Of a stretch of 64,000 nucleotides of DNA, positions 7,369 to 17,911 are shown piece by piece. The DNA comes from a virus. The position numbers and the translations under genes are program-made. Position 1 is the stretch's first letter, and the number at the start of each line of letters is the position of its first letter. The stretch spans positions 126,603 to 190,602 of IMG/VR virus record IMGVR_UViG_3300027749_000039; one strand, given 5' to 3'. Under the pieces are notes generated by a model. It saw nothing but the letters and a program-made list of their open reading frames with translations, searched no databases and had not been told where the DNA came from.

Positions 7369-8200
7369 ATGGCGAATATAAATGATTACATGATTATAAT
7401 AAAAGAAATTAATAAGGCTTATGATAGTCTTTCGCCTCTTATTGGTCCAAATATCAATGAGGATATACAGACGATTAATAAAAGTATTAAAGCTTTTAAG
7501 TATAATATATTATATGTTAAGTCTAATATACATAAAACGAATAGGATTTTGCGATTAAAAAGGCATAATCGAAAAAAGAAAAATTTTGCAAAGTCAAAAA
7601 AATAGTGTATATTTGCACAATGAGTAAAGTTCAATCATATATAATAACAAATAAAATAAAACTAATCCGTAGAGTTATTGACCACGGATATGATAAAGCT
7701 TTTGGTTATGCTAATGTTGGTGATGATGAAGATTACACTAAATCATTGCAAAATAAACCCAAAGAAGAATTACTAGCAGTAATTAAAGAATTAAAAGATT
7801 CGTTATATACACCTGAAACTTCTAATAGAAAAAAATCTCCTTATGAGCCTAAGTTTTGTATAGGTAAATGTCAAAGAGAATTTATACCAAAAGATTCTAA
7901 TTTAGAAATATATTGTGCATCATGTGATAGAGTAATAGCGGTTAGACCTATTAAACAAGATTTTAAAGACATATGAGTAAGAGAAAAGAATTTGACATAG
8001 AAAGAACGGAATATGATGATAAAGTGGAAGAAATCCGCAAACAAAAAAGAGAATTACGTCATATTCAAGAACCTGGTCTTGTAAAAAAAATTAAAAAAGA
8101 TCTTAAACGTGAGCAAAGAGCTGCTAAACGTGGTGATAAAAATAATTTGAAAAAATACATCAAGGATGAGATAGATAATTACGGTGAGGAAGATGATTAA
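7369..8200 (+). CDS. Run of three hypothetical proteins (7369-7605, 7605-7976 with a CxxxC..CxxC Zn ribbon, 7973-8200)
   Basis: Coupled ORFs from the track. Confidence 0.55.
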
Positions 8201-8429
8201 ATATATTTGTATAATATCGGAATTATTAGATACAAATGACTTTTGTGATGAAATTAATATAATAACGGGTAAAGTATATTTAATTGAATATGTAAATAAA
8301 TATGTATATTATTTATATGATATACATGAGAAATATTTAGGCGAAATATGGGGAACTATAAGCGACCATTTTATAACATTAGCCGATTGGCGTGATCAGC
8401 AAATAGATTCAATTTTAAATAATAAATAA
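8184..8429 (+). CDS. Small protein with C-terminal LADWRDQQIDSILN motif
   Basis: Motif family member. Confidence 0.7.
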   Translation: MRKMIKYICIISELLDTNDFCDEINIITGKVYLIEYVNKYVYYLYDIHEKYLGEIWGTISDHFITLADWRDQQIDSILNNK

Positions 8430-8461
8430 CTCTTTATTATAAATAGGACAAATTTTCATTT

Positions 8462-8472
8462 TAATATATAAT
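8462..8472 (+). promoter_or_regulatory. Example of the recurrent TAATATATA motif (putative phage late promoter)
   Basis: Similar motifs occur within ~10-40 nt upstream of starts at 8490, 12868, 14803, 20518, 20988, 31678, 34698, 45038, 53353 and of minus-strand genes 11643, 12773, 30768, 41067, 53292, 61495. Confidence 0.6.
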
Positions 8473-8489
8473 ATAAAGTATTTAATTAA

Positions 8490-9365
8490 ATGAAATGGAC
8501 AAAAGAAAAATGTAAGGAGATTTCAAATTTATTTGATAATATAAGTGACTTTGAGAAAGAGTATAGAGGGTCTTATATGTCTGCTAGAAGAAATGGTTGG
8601 TTAGAAGAAATAACCAAACATATGAAAAAAAGAGAGACCTTGACCGAGAAAAGGTGTCATGAGATTTCATCAAAATTTGAAACTAAAACAAAATTATGTG
8701 AACATAATAGTTCTGTTTATAAAAAAATTATGAAGAACAAATGGCTATATATGTTTTCTCATATGGAAAATAATAATAGTAGTGAAGATGATAGATGTAT
8801 ATACGCATACGAATTTAATGATAACAGTGTTTATGTAGGATTAACAAAAAATGTTAAAACTAGAAATAATTTGCATATGAAACATGGTAGTGTTTTTGAA
8901 CATATAAGAATATGCAATGATTTTAAGTTAATAATCTTAACAGATTATTTACCAGTTTATGAATCAAAATTAAAGGAAGATGAATATCTTAATTATTATA
9001 AAAATAATGGATGGAAAGTCTTAAACAAGATAAAAACTGGTGGTATAGGTAGTTGCGGATATTTGAATAGGACATCATATTGGATAAAAGAAAAATGTAT
9101 TGAAGAAGCATTAAAATATACAAATAGAAGCGAATTTCAATATAATTCGGGAAGTGCATATCGCTCTGCTCAAAAAAATAAATGGTTAGATGAAATATGT
9201 TCGCATATGCAACCACTCCGAAATTACAAGGGATATTGGACAAAGAAAAAATGTGAAGAAGAATCTTTGAAATATAAAAATAAAAATCAATTTCAAAAAA
9301 ATAATAGTGCCGCATATATGTGTTCATACAAAAATGGTTGGCTAAATGAATTTTATAAAAGTTAA
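8490..9365 (+). mobile_element. GIY-YIG-type homing endonuclease with repeated W(T/I)KEKC...AY..A.KNGWL modules
   Basis: CIYAYEFNDNSVYVGLT core flanked by four ~47 aa repeats. Confidence 0.7.
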
Positions 9366-9371
9366 AGTGAA

Positions 9372-10028
9372 ATGAAAAAATACGATAAGATTCCATATTG
9401 GAATAAAGGATTATTTGACTCTGATTGTATCGGGTTTAATAAAGAAGATGGTTCAAATATGAGATTTGAGTGGTCAAAAAAACGTGGGTTTTATAAGTTT
9501 GGAACTCGTAATGTAATGATTAATGAGAAAGATGAAAACTTTGGAAAAGCTATTCCTTTATTTTTAGAAAAATACGGCGAAGATTTACCAAGAGTATTTG
9601 TTAATAAATATAAAAAAGTAGAAAACTTTGTTGTATTTGGTGAATATGTTGGTGAAAATTCCTTCGCTGGATGGCATGACCCAAATGATAAAATGGATAT
9701 TATTTTATTTGATGTTAATCAATATAAAAAGGGGTTCATTTCTCCATATGAGTTTTTAGATAATTTTGGACATTTATCAATTCCTTCTGTTATTTATCAA
9801 GGTAAATATACACAAGAATTAATAGACAATGTTAGAAAGAATGTTTTTAACTTAAAAGAAGGTTTAATTACTAAAGGAATTACTTATACTAAAAAAGAAG
9901 GTGAAGCAATTTGGCAAGTAAAAGTTAAGACTAACGACTGGCTTAAAAAAGTAAAAGAAAAGCTAGGTGATAAAGCTTTAGCTGATGAATTAAATGGAGA
10001 TAAATCATTAATAGCAGAATACATATAA
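9372..10028 (+). CDS. RNA ligase-like nucleotidyltransferase
   Basis: KEDG motif I, FGTRN, VFGEY, LFDV, EGLI and VKVK motifs. Confidence 0.75.
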   Translation: MKKYDKIPYWNKGLFDSDCIGFNKEDGSNMRFEWSKKRGFYKFGTRNVMINEKDENFGKAIPLFLEKYGEDLPRVFVNKYKKVENFVVFGEYVGENSFAGWHDPNDKMDIILFDVNQYKKGFISPYEFLDNFGHLSIPSVIYQGKYTQELIDNVRKNVFNLKEGLITKGITYTKKEGEAIWQVKVKTNDWLKKVKEKLGDKALADELNGDKSLIAEYI

Positions 10029-10031
10029 CTT

Positions 10032-10736
10032 ATGGAAAGAGAATATAAAAGAACTGATTGGGATATTATATCCTTCAAAACAAAAGAAGGTGAAATAATT
10101 GATGAAACACATGCTGAATTTGAAAAACTATGTAAAATGCATGAAGATTGGGAATTTAGTTGTGATACGGTTTCTGATTGTAGAAACCAATTTTATAAAG
10201 AACAAGTCAAGAGCAATGGATTTCCGGTAATATACTCTGTTAGAAATAATGTATTTTGTCCTACTGGAATTGGTTATCAATCCGAGATACTAACAATCGG
10301 TGATGAATATGGAACAACTTTTCGTGGTTCAAATCCAAAAGAAAGAAGTTGGGGTAAAATACTTGCGTTTTATCAAATAAACGAACAAATGTGTATAGAA
10401 GAAAAAAGAGGTGGTCAGCCAGTATCAAATATGATAGCTAAAATTGATCCCAACATACCATGGAAATATAAAACAATTTTTGAAAAATCACTAACTGATG
10501 ATGTTTTACATGAAATAGCTAAATTATCTGGTGTATTTGAAAATGATGAATACTTTTTTGATACATATGATGGTGGCATTAGAGTTATTGATTCTTTGAG
10601 TGAAGTAGGATATAGATTACAAATGTATCCAAATGGTGCGGTAAATTGTATATCAAAACATGATATGTGCCCGGACGAATATAAAGCTAAAGAACTTTAT
10701 AAATTTATTTTAAAAATTTTTGATGAAAAAAATTAG
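10032..10736 (+). CDS. Hypothetical protein
   Basis: 234 aa ORF between the two ligases. Confidence 0.6.
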   Translation: MEREYKRTDWDIISFKTKEGEIIDETHAEFEKLCKMHEDWEFSCDTVSDCRNQFYKEQVKSNGFPVIYSVRNNVFCPTGIGYQSEILTIGDEYGTTFRGSNPKERSWGKILAFYQINEQMCIEEKRGGQPVSNMIAKIDPNIPWKYKTIFEKSLTDDVLHEIAKLSGVFENDEYFFDTYDGGIRVIDSLSEVGYRLQMYPNGAVNCISKHDMCPDEYKAKELYKFILKIFDEKN

Positions 10737-11424
10737 TAAAAGGCAGGTAGCCCCAGACTACCATAGAATACCACACTTTAATAAGGAAATTTCCAACATG
10801 ACGCACGATGACATCATATTGGAAACAGATATACAATTTCCTATTGAGTGTTGGATTCAAGAAAAACTCGATGGTGCTAATACTGGAATTGGATGGCTAA
10901 ATGATGGTCCTATATTAAGGAATAAAGAACATATTTTAAAGAAAGGATATTCTAAAATTAAAACACCGGCAAAAAAGCAATTTACATCTGCTTGGAATTG
11001 GGTGCATAAACATAAAGAAGATATTGAGTTTATCCAAGAAATGTGTTATTCACAAATTACTATATTTGGTGAGTGGTTATATGCGCAACATTCGTTGCAT
11101 TATGATAAATTACCTGATTTATTTATAGCATATGATATATGGTCAGTAGAGGATAATTCTTATTTAAGTCCAGAAATAGTGGATACATTATTATCACAAA
11201 CTGATATAAAATATATTAAACCTATAAAAACTACTCTTAATTCAATACAAGATATAATTGAATTATCCGAAAAAGAATCAGATTATAGAACTGGCATAAG
11301 AGAAGGTATAGTTATTAAACATGCTGAGGGTAGATTATGTACTCAGATGTATAAAGTGGTAAATAATAAGTTTATTCGCAGAGAAGATTTTAATAAAGAA
11401 TTAATAAAAAACACCGTTAAATAA
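10720..11424 (+). CDS. RNA ligase (Rnl2-like)
   Basis: QEKLDGAN, FGEWL, FIAYDI, REGIVIK, YKVV. Confidence 0.85.
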   Translation: MMKKISKRQVAPDYHRIPHFNKEISNMTHDDIILETDIQFPIECWIQEKLDGANTGIGWLNDGPILRNKEHILKKGYSKIKTPAKKQFTSAWNWVHKHKEDIEFIQEMCYSQITIFGEWLYAQHSLHYDKLPDLFIAYDIWSVEDNSYLSPEIVDTLLSQTDIKYIKPIKTTLNSIQDIIELSEKESDYRTGIREGIVIKHAEGRLCTQMYKVVNNKFIRREDFNKELIKNTVK

Positions 11425-11435
11425 CGGTGTTTTTT
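11408..11435. terminator. Bidirectional terminator between convergent genes
   Basis: AAAAACACCGTTA-AA-TAACGGTGTTTTT. Confidence 0.75.
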
Positions 11436-11643
11436 ATTCGTCTTTATCATTGTCATCATTTTCTTTAGTACATTTTTCCACTTTGTCAAAATATTCTTCT
11501 TGTTTCTTTTTGATGATTTCTTTTTGTTCTTTACTTTGTTTTGATTTGTAATCCTTCACAACTTCAATATCAGTTCCGCTATCTAGTAATTTATTCATAG
11601 CTGATTTTTTAGAATGATCTTCAAATAATTTTATGTATTTCAT
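11434..11643 (-). CDS. Small protein starting MKYIKLFE (capsid-targeting-like N-terminus)
   Basis: N-terminal motif shared with other late-promoter genes. Confidence 0.6.
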   Translation of the reverse strand: MKYIKLFEDHSKKSAMNKLLDSGTDIEVVKDYKSKQSKEQKEIIKKKQEEYFDKVEKCTKENDDNDKDE

Positions 11644-11653
11644 AGTTTATATA

Positions 11654-12382
11654 TTATTTAATAAAATCAGCAAATTTTATTACCGATTCTTTTAGCATCA
11701 TATTAAACTCTTTATCGAAATCTTTTGGATCTTGTTTATATCCAGATTTAGATTCATCTAATGCATCATCAGTCCATTGATAAGACCAGAATAAATCATC
11801 AGGTATTTTGAAGCCAAAAAAAGTTAAAACTTTCTTTTCTAATTTAACTGCTTCTTCGCCATTCCAGTTATGTCCTACTGATATAACACCTACTTCTATA
11901 TCTTTAATTATATTTTTTTCACCAAGAGTAGCCCATCTATTTTCAAGCCAAGTTAATCTCTCAACTAATTTAGCATAAACAGCATTCATTTTACCCCATC
12001 TAATTGAACCAAAAAATATAACAGCATCAGATGTTAATAACTCATTAACTACTTTATATAATTCATCATCTTTATTATTAAAAGAAGCCCAACATCTTAA
12101 TTCTCCTGTTTTATCTTTACCATCTTTTAGTAATGCTTCTTTAACTCCACAATTATTTCCTGTTTTAGAGCTAACATTTCCTTCACATTGATAGATATTT
12201 AATTTAGATACGTCTATTATAGTCACAACACTTTTACCTAATTCTTCTTGCATTTTATAAGCTAGTGCGGAAGATTTAGGTGTTTCATCATGTCCTTCCC
12301 AACGATTAGATGTTAAAAGGAAAAGTATTTTTTCTTTTACTTTTAGCTGTTCTATTGTTTTATCATATTTAACTTTTGACAT
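11654..12382 (-). CDS. Flavodoxin-fold NAD(P)H-dependent FMN reductase family protein
   Basis: LTSNR..PKSSALA, CEGNVS..C, SDAVIFFGSIRWG, GVISVGHNWNG. Confidence 0.75.
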   Translation of the reverse strand: MSKVKYDKTIEQLKVKEKILFLLTSNRWEGHDETPKSSALAYKMQEELGKSVVTIIDVSKLNIYQCEGNVSSKTGNNCGVKEALLKDGKDKTGELRCWASFNNKDDELYKVVNELLTSDAVIFFGSIRWGKMNAVYAKLVERLTWLENRWATLGEKNIIKDIEVGVISVGHNWNGEEAVKLEKKVLTFFGFKIPDDLFWSYQWTDDALDESKSGYKQDPKDFDKEFNMMLKESVIKFADFIK

Positions 12383-12383
12383 A

Positions 12384-12773
12384 TTAATAACCGTAACCTT
12401 TATTTATTGGCATATCTGATACAACTTTAACTTCAAACCCGAAACCAGTGTCATCTAATTGTCTATAATTATTATCATAGTGTCTAACATTTCCTCTATC
12501 AAAAGAATAAGGAGTTGGTTTATTTATTTCTCTCATCCTTTCGAATTCTCTTTGTTGTCTTTCAGCTTTTAATTTATTTTCTTCCATAGCCATCATTTCG
12601 TCAAATGTTAATTCAGCATTTGGATTAACATAAGCAGGTTGTGGTGGAGGTGTATTGTTTGTATTAATTCCGTATTTAAGCATTAGATTATATGCTTCAC
12701 TAGAAGAAATATTTACTTCTTGTGGTTCGGAATATTCTTGTGCCTGTAGGATTCTAACTTCTGGTCTTATCAT
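12384..12773 (-). CDS. Hypothetical protein
   Basis: 129 aa, downstream of a TAATATATA motif on the minus strand. Confidence 0.6.
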   Translation of the reverse strand: MIRPEVRILQAQEYSEPQEVNISSSEAYNLMLKYGINTNNTPPPQPAYVNPNAELTFDEMMAMEENKLKAERQQREFERMREINKPTPYSFDRGNVRHYDNNYRQLDDTGFGFEVKVVSDMPINKGYGY

Positions 12774-12867
12774 AAAAATTAGTATTTTAAGTATATATTA
12801 ACATTTAGATTTTGCTTTTCTAACAAAAATAACGTAATTTTGTCTTTAGAAATTAATATATAATCTT

Positions 12868-13377
12868 ATGAGACTAACAAGAATATCAGAATCTATTGGA
12901 ATGATTCCAAGACAAGAGGATTATCCTTCTAAAGCAGAATTGCTTAAAAAATATGGCTATGACGAAAATAGCAAAAATATGGAAGATTATTTTGACGCTA
13001 AGAGACAATTTGAAGAAGAGTGGTTAAGAAAGTATAGAAAAGAAGAATCAGATAGAAGAAGACAAACTGAGGAAGAAATAGAAACTAAAACTCTTACACA
13101 AGCTGAAAAGTTAGAGAAAGAAAAAGAAGATTTGGAAACTAGGAATAAGCGTCAGCAAGAATTACAATTTTCGGAAGAAGAGGTAAATAAATTGCACATT
13201 GCAGCTAATAGTAAAGCAGTTTCTAGAGTTTCTCAAATATTAGGAAATGCATTAGCGGAAAAAGATGATAGTTTTTTAAGTGATTTAGTTGAATTAATTA
13301 ACAAATATCCTCAATATCATTCCGGATCTTTATTTGAAAAAAATTCTATTGAAAAGTTTTCAGATTTTAGAAAATAA
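12868..13377 (+). CDS. Hypothetical coiled-coil protein
   Basis: Preceded by TAATATATA; charged helical composition. Confidence 0.6.
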   Translation: MRLTRISESIGMIPRQEDYPSKAELLKKYGYDENSKNMEDYFDAKRQFEEEWLRKYRKEESDRRRQTEEEIETKTLTQAEKLEKEKEDLETRNKRQQELQFSEEEVNKLHIAANSKAVSRVSQILGNALAEKDDSFLSDLVELINKYPQYHSGSLFEKNSIEKFSDFRK

Positions 13378-13418
13378 TATTTGTTGCTTTCGATTAATAA
13401 TCGTATATTTGTAAACAA

Positions 13419-14012
13419 ATGAGATTATACAAGACAGCAATTAATAATAATAACGAAGTTTTATCATATGTGATGCCAGAGCAGGTTGAAAAAATATATT
13501 CAATCCGAACTGATGAAACATATGATATTTCATTAGAAGCCTTACTTGAATATATTGAACTAACAGGATATGTTATATTTCCATATTTAAATCCTGTTAA
13601 TGATATAACATCTATTGTATATGTAGATATAGATTACCAATTTACACCTTGGGATAAACAAGCTATATCATATGTCACTGACCAAATACATAAATGCATT
13701 AGACAAAAACTTATAGATGTATTCTTTGAAGATTATGAAGAACCGTTTTTAGGTAAATCTGATTTAGAGCAACATGATTTACTTGGTATAACAGGTGAGG
13801 AAAAGATTTTCAAAAATGAAATAACTTATTTATACCATAAATACAAAGGTGGTATTTGGGAATCCTCAAATAAACACGCTGTAGAAATAGATAGATATAG
13901 TGGTATAATTTCTGGTAATAATATAGGTGAATCCACTATAACGTATCAAGTAGATACTGGAGCTGGAATATTAACATGTTTTAAAACAATAGAAGTAATA
14001 TATGATAAATAA
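13419..14012 (+). CDS. Protein with a C-terminal Ig-like (Big_2-type) domain
   Basis: GGIWESSNKHAVEID..SGIISG..IGESTITY pattern. Confidence 0.55.
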   Translation: MRLYKTAINNNNEVLSYVMPEQVEKIYSIRTDETYDISLEALLEYIELTGYVIFPYLNPVNDITSIVYVDIDYQFTPWDKQAISYVTDQIHKCIRQKLIDVFFEDYEEPFLGKSDLEQHDLLGITGEEKIFKNEITYLYHKYKGGIWESSNKHAVEIDRYSGIISGNNIGESTITYQVDTGAGILTCFKTIEVIYDK

Positions 14013-14155
14013 AAAATGTAAAATATGCGACAATCAGTTTGTCGCATTAACGGAAGAAAAAGTATTCTGTTCTCCGGAATGCCTTATTACATATGTCAAA
14101 TCAGATGAATTTGATAAAGAGATGGAAGACTATTTTAATTCTTCAAATAAGATAG

Positions 14156-14743
14156 ATGAAAAAGGCAATAATATTTGATTTATATGATACTCTGCTAAAA
14201 ATAGAGAAAAAATCAAAACCATATTTGTATTTATTAAATCATGTAGTTCCAATGGATGTATCTCAAAAAGATATTATAAATCATCTTATGACTAATGATT
14301 TACCGGCTATACGCTTTATAACACAAATACAGGATATAGGTTTATTAGATGAACAATTTGAACAACACACATTTTTAAAATATCTTGATGCTGAAGTCGA
14401 GTCTACTAGTGTCATATCCGGAACTTTTAGAGTATTAGATAAATTAAAAAATGCCGGTTATAGATTATTCATTTTATCTAATTTAGCAACTCCATATAAA
14501 TATCCGTATTATAAATACAACCTGGATAAGTGGATTGAAAAAGCTTTTTTCTCTTGTGATTGTAAGGATAAAAAACCAAATGCTTCTTTTTTTCAACAAG
14601 TAGTAGATTATTCTGGGTTAAATAAAGAAGATTTTATAATGATAGGTGATAATCCTATATCAGATGTAAAAGGAGCTGTTGATTTTGGAATGGAAGCTTT
14701 ATTGAAAAATAAAGATTTGTATGTCCTAACCCAATACTTATGA
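14156..14743 (+). CDS. HAD-superfamily hydrolase
   Basis: IFDLYDTL, ILSN, KKPN, MIGDNPISDVKGA. Confidence 0.9.
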   Translation: MKKAIIFDLYDTLLKIEKKSKPYLYLLNHVVPMDVSQKDIINHLMTNDLPAIRFITQIQDIGLLDEQFEQHTFLKYLDAEVESTSVISGTFRVLDKLKNAGYRLFILSNLATPYKYPYYKYNLDKWIEKAFFSCDCKDKKPNASFFQQVVDYSGLNKEDFIMIGDNPISDVKGAVDFGMEALLKNKDLYVLTQYL

Positions 14744-14802
14744 CCGAATAAAAAGTATATATTAATTAATTAATATATACTTTATTAAATAACAAAATTA
14801 AT

Positions 14803-15267
14803 ATGAATTGGCACAAATTGCATGAAGAATCAAGAAATTTCGGACAAAAATTAGCAGATAAGGTTGCATCTGGTATGGGCTCTTGGAGATTTATTATAAT
14901 ACAATCTATTATTGTTATTATATGGATGATATTTAATGTATTGGGAATATGTTATCATTGGGATCCATATCCTTTTATATTACTTAATTTGTTATTCTCA
15001 ACACAAGCGGCTTATGCAGCACCAATAATTATGATGTCTCAAAATAGAGCGGCTGAGAGAGATAGGGCAGAAGCAGAGGCGGATTATAAGGTAAATATAG
15101 ATTCTAAAAAAGAAATAGAGCATATAATTATCCGCTTAAATGCCATTGAAATAGATAAGCTAAATAAAATGATGAAAATTGTTGAAGATATGCAAACACA
15201 TAACCACGAACATTTACATAGTTTAGCCGAAGATATGAAAGAGTTAAAAGAAAATTTAAAAAAATAA
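14803..15267 (+). CDS. DUF1003-type membrane protein
   Basis: GSWRFII..WDPYPFILLNL..STQAAYAAPIIMMSQNR. Confidence 0.85.
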   Translation: MNWHKLHEESRNFGQKLADKVASGMGSWRFIIIQSIIVIIWMIFNVLGICYHWDPYPFILLNLLFSTQAAYAAPIIMMSQNRAAERDRAEAEADYKVNIDSKKEIEHIIIRLNAIEIDKLNKMMKIVEDMQTHNHEHLHSLAEDMKELKENLKK

Positions 15268-15300
15268 CCATCGTAAGATGGTTATTTTTTTATATAGTAT

Positions 15301-15933
15301 ATGAATAAAATAATTGATGAGTTTTTTGAGAATAATAAAACAACATATTTACAATGGCGTGAATATGATTCGGAAAAGTTAAAAACTGCTACTGAACAAA
15401 ATCCTATTTATTCAGATATACACGAAATTACAATAGATAAGAATAATAATACAATAGTATATTGTGTTCATGATATGAAGGGTTCTATAATTAGAAGGTC
15501 AATTGGAACTATTGAAAATTTATAAAAAATTTTTCTAAAAAAATTTTTTTATACAGATTTTTTTTGTATCTTTGTAAAAGAAAATAAAGATAATAAAATG
15601 AATTACGCAGAAATTAGAGCAATAATACAAGAAGTATTTGATGATATAAACCAAATTGGATATTATTTTCAATATCCAACTTATGGTGAAGAAGAAATTA
15701 TAAAAGAACTAACTGAAAAATTAGGTGAGCATGAAAACGTTCATAATGACGGGTTCTATGATGGATATGATTGTCAATCAGTTCTATATTTCAAAGATCA
15801 CGATGTTTATATTCAGGCTGACGGATTTTATACTTCTTATAATGGGACTGAATGGGACAGGATCAATGAAGTTTTTCCTTATCAAAAAACCATAACTTGT
15901 TATTCTCTTAAAAAAGAAGAAAAGGGAGAATAA
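15301..15933 (+). CDS. Two hypothetical proteins (15301-15525, 15598-15933)
   Basis: Track ORFs; the second follows a TATCTTTG promoter. Confidence 0.55.
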
Positions 15934-15981
15934 AAAATTAATATATACTTTATAAAAATACGAAAAAAGCTTAAAATAATT

Positions 15982-16012
15982 TTTGCTATTTCAAAACTTT
16001 ATCGTATATTTG
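15982..16012 (+). promoter_or_regulatory. Bacteroidota-type promoter for the Tyr/Glu/Ala/Gly cluster
   Basis: TTTG-N19-TATATTTG. Confidence 0.8.
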
Positions 16013-16059
16013 CAATACAATAATCAACAAACAAACAAAACATTTTAAATAAAAATTTT

Positions 16060-16158
16060 ATGAAAACTACAATAATCACAACACAAGTAATCGGCGCATA
16101 TGAAGCGGGTTATGCCTATGAGGGAACATCTCATGGAGTTGGTAAGTTATGTAGTTAA
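16060..16158 (+). CDS. Attenuator leader peptide L3: MKTTIITTQVIGAYEAGYAYEGTSHGVGKLCS
   Basis: GAYEAGYAYEG block is composed only of Gly/Ala/Tyr/Glu, the four amino acids of the downstream tRNAs. Confidence 0.88.
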   Translation: MKTTIITTQVIGAYEAGYAYEGTSHGVGKLCS

Positions 16159-16180
16159 TCATAAAAAGATATAATTACTT

Positions 16181-16215
16181 AAAGCATCCAACTCAAAAAG
16201 TTGGATGCTTTTTTT
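16181..16215 (+). terminator. Intrinsic terminator of attenuator L3
   Basis: AAAGCATCCAACT-CAAAA-AGTTGGATGCTTT-TTTT. Confidence 0.9.
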
Positions 16216-16225
16216 ATGTTAAATT

Positions 16226-16309
16226 GGGAGTGTTGGGCAATTGGCTGGCCCGCCTGACTGTAAATCAGGTTCTTCGGACATGGGGGTTCAAATCCCTCCA
16301 CTCTCACCA
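16226..16309 (+). tRNA. tRNA-Tyr(GTA), CCA encoded
   Basis: CCTGA-CTGTAAA-TCAGG, long variable arm, A73. Confidence 0.92.
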
Positions 16310-16313
16310 AATT

Positions 16314-16393
16314 CGTTCAGTTGTCTAGCGGCAATGACTGGGAGCTGTAACCTCCCCTCTTCGGATTCGTAGGTTCGAGTCCTACCTGAACGA
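16314..16393 (+). tRNA. tRNA-Tyr(GTA), second; C1:G72
   Basis: GGGAG-CTGTAAC-CTCCC. Confidence 0.85.
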
Positions 16394-16493
16394 CAAAAAT
16401 ATACTGGTATTATTAACAGCGGGATAGATTACCAAATAGGAGGTGAAAGTCCTTATGACCGTACAGAGAAAGGCTTTGTGTATATTTTTATCT

Positions 16494-16565
16494 GCTACCA
16501 TAGATTAATCGGTAAATCGTGGCTCTTTCACAGCCAAGTAGGGGGATCGTAACCCCTTGGTAGTA
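16494..16565 (+). tRNA. tRNA-Glu(TTC)
   Basis: TGGCT-CTTTCAC-AGCCA. Confidence 0.88.
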
Positions 16566-16572
16566 CAAACAA

Positions 16573-16644
16573 GGCCCAGTAGATTACTGGCTAAATCGTT
16601 GCACTTTCACTGCAAAGAAGACGGATCGAACCCGTTCTGGGCTG
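16573..16644 (+). tRNA. tRNA-Glu(TTC), second
   Basis: TTGCA-CTTTCAC-TGCAA. Confidence 0.88.
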
Positions 16645-16678
16645 CAAGGGTGTTAGTTATTCCGGAATAACTAACTTT

Positions 16679-16746
16679 AGTATAGTAGCTCAATTGGTAG
16701 AGCGGTGGTGATTCACAGGCAGTAGGTTCAAAACCTATCTATACAC
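16679..16746 (+). ncRNA. tRNA-like unit with shrunken anticodon arm
   Basis: Canonical D arm (GCTC-AATTGGTA-GAGC) and T arm; the anticodon arm is only 12 nt (GTGGTGATTCAC). Confidence 0.55.
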
Positions 16747-16757
16747 AAAATTAACAA

Positions 16758-16831
16758 GTCAGGTTTGACAAGCGGCTTAAGTCACCTTCCTCTCAAGAAG
16801 GACATCATGGGTTCGAATCCCATACTTGATT
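16758..16831 (+). tRNA. tRNA-Glu(CTC)
   Basis: CCTTC-CTCTCAA-GAAGG. Confidence 0.85.
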
Positions 16832-16890
16832 CACAGAAAAGGTTATCTGGGTGGATTTTTCAACAGAAAATGAAACTCCGAGCCTTAGAC

Positions 16891-16964
16891 GGGGCGGCAT
16901 GTACCAAGGCTGGCGAAGAACACTTGCAATGTTCCTGTGGTGAGTTCAATTCTCATCCGCTCCA
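16891..16964 (+). tRNA. tRNA-Ala(TGC)
   Basis: GAACA-CTTGCAA-TGTTC; G3:U70. Confidence 0.88.
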
Positions 16965-17013
16965 CGAAGTGAAGGAAAACACGATAAACCCGTCTGCTAG
17001 GACGTAAAATAAC

Positions 17014-17085
17014 GCAGAGATAGTATAACGGTTATTACACTGGCTTGCCAAGCCGGATATGGGAGTTCGATTCTCCTTCTCTGCT
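17014..17085 (+). tRNA. tRNA-Gly(GCC)
   Basis: CTGGC-TTGCCAA-GCCGG; U73. Confidence 0.92.
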
Positions 17086-17143
17086 CTAAAAATGGTTCGA
17101 CCGCTAAATCGAGTTAGTGAAAATCTACATTCGAACCATATGA

Positions 17144-17216
17144 GGGGGATTAGTTGTAATTGGCAAAACGTGGGCTTTGCAAGTCTGAGTTGCCGGATCG
17201 TTGCCGGCATCCTCCA
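17144..17216 (+). tRNA. tRNA-Ala(TGC), second
   Basis: Loop TTTGCAA; G3:U70; T loop ATCGTTG. Confidence 0.85.
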
Positions 17217-17272
17217 CAACAAAATAGTGATAGAGCGGCTTTGAACTTTTATATATAAAAATAAAAGTTCAA

Positions 17273-17908
17273 TTGCATCACACAATTTATAAAATAACCA
17301 ATTTAATAAATGGCAAAATTTATATTGGAAAACACTCAACAAATGATATTAAAGATAACTACTACGGTAGTGGGAAATTAATTAAAAGTGCTATAGAAAA
17401 ATATGGTATTATTAATTTCACAAAAGAAATTTTGTTTAATTTTCAATCAGAGGAAGAAGCTTATGCCAAGGAAAAGGAAATAGTAAATGAAAGTTTCATA
17501 AAAAGAAAAGATGTTTATAACCTTATAATAGGGGGTGATACATTTGAAGCTATTAATTCCAATTTAGAATTAAGAAAAGCTAAAAATAAGAAAGCTGCAT
17601 TAATTATGAATTCTGTAAATTGGAATAATCCAGAATTTAGAAAAAGGCAAACTGATAAAATGATATTACAAAATAAAAAATTGCATAAAGAAGGAATTCT
17701 TAAAAGTGTTGATTGGACCGGAAAGAAACATAAGGATGAAAGCAAAGAGAAAATGAGGGAAAAGGCAAAATTGAGAATAGGTGATAAAAACTCTTCATTT
17801 GGAACTTGTTGGATATATAATGAAAATGAAAGTAAGAAAATAAAAAAAGAAGATTTAGAAAACTACTTATCTATTGGATGGATAAAAGGTAGAAAAATTA
17901 AATTTTAA
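17273..17908 (+). mobile_element. GIY-YIG homing endonuclease (Seg-like, NUMOD3) in tRNA cluster 3; TTG start
   Basis: TIYKITNLINGKIYIGKH..YYGSGKLIKSAIEKYG; TGKKHKDESKEKM. Confidence 0.9.
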
Positions 17909-17911
17909 TAA

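Noticed and set aside
16765-17342. Track ORFs overlapping tRNA genes (16765, 16953, 17059; also 18670, 31533, 44801, 46186 and the 5' part of 33276)
   Set aside because: They are shadows of GC-richer tRNA sequence.
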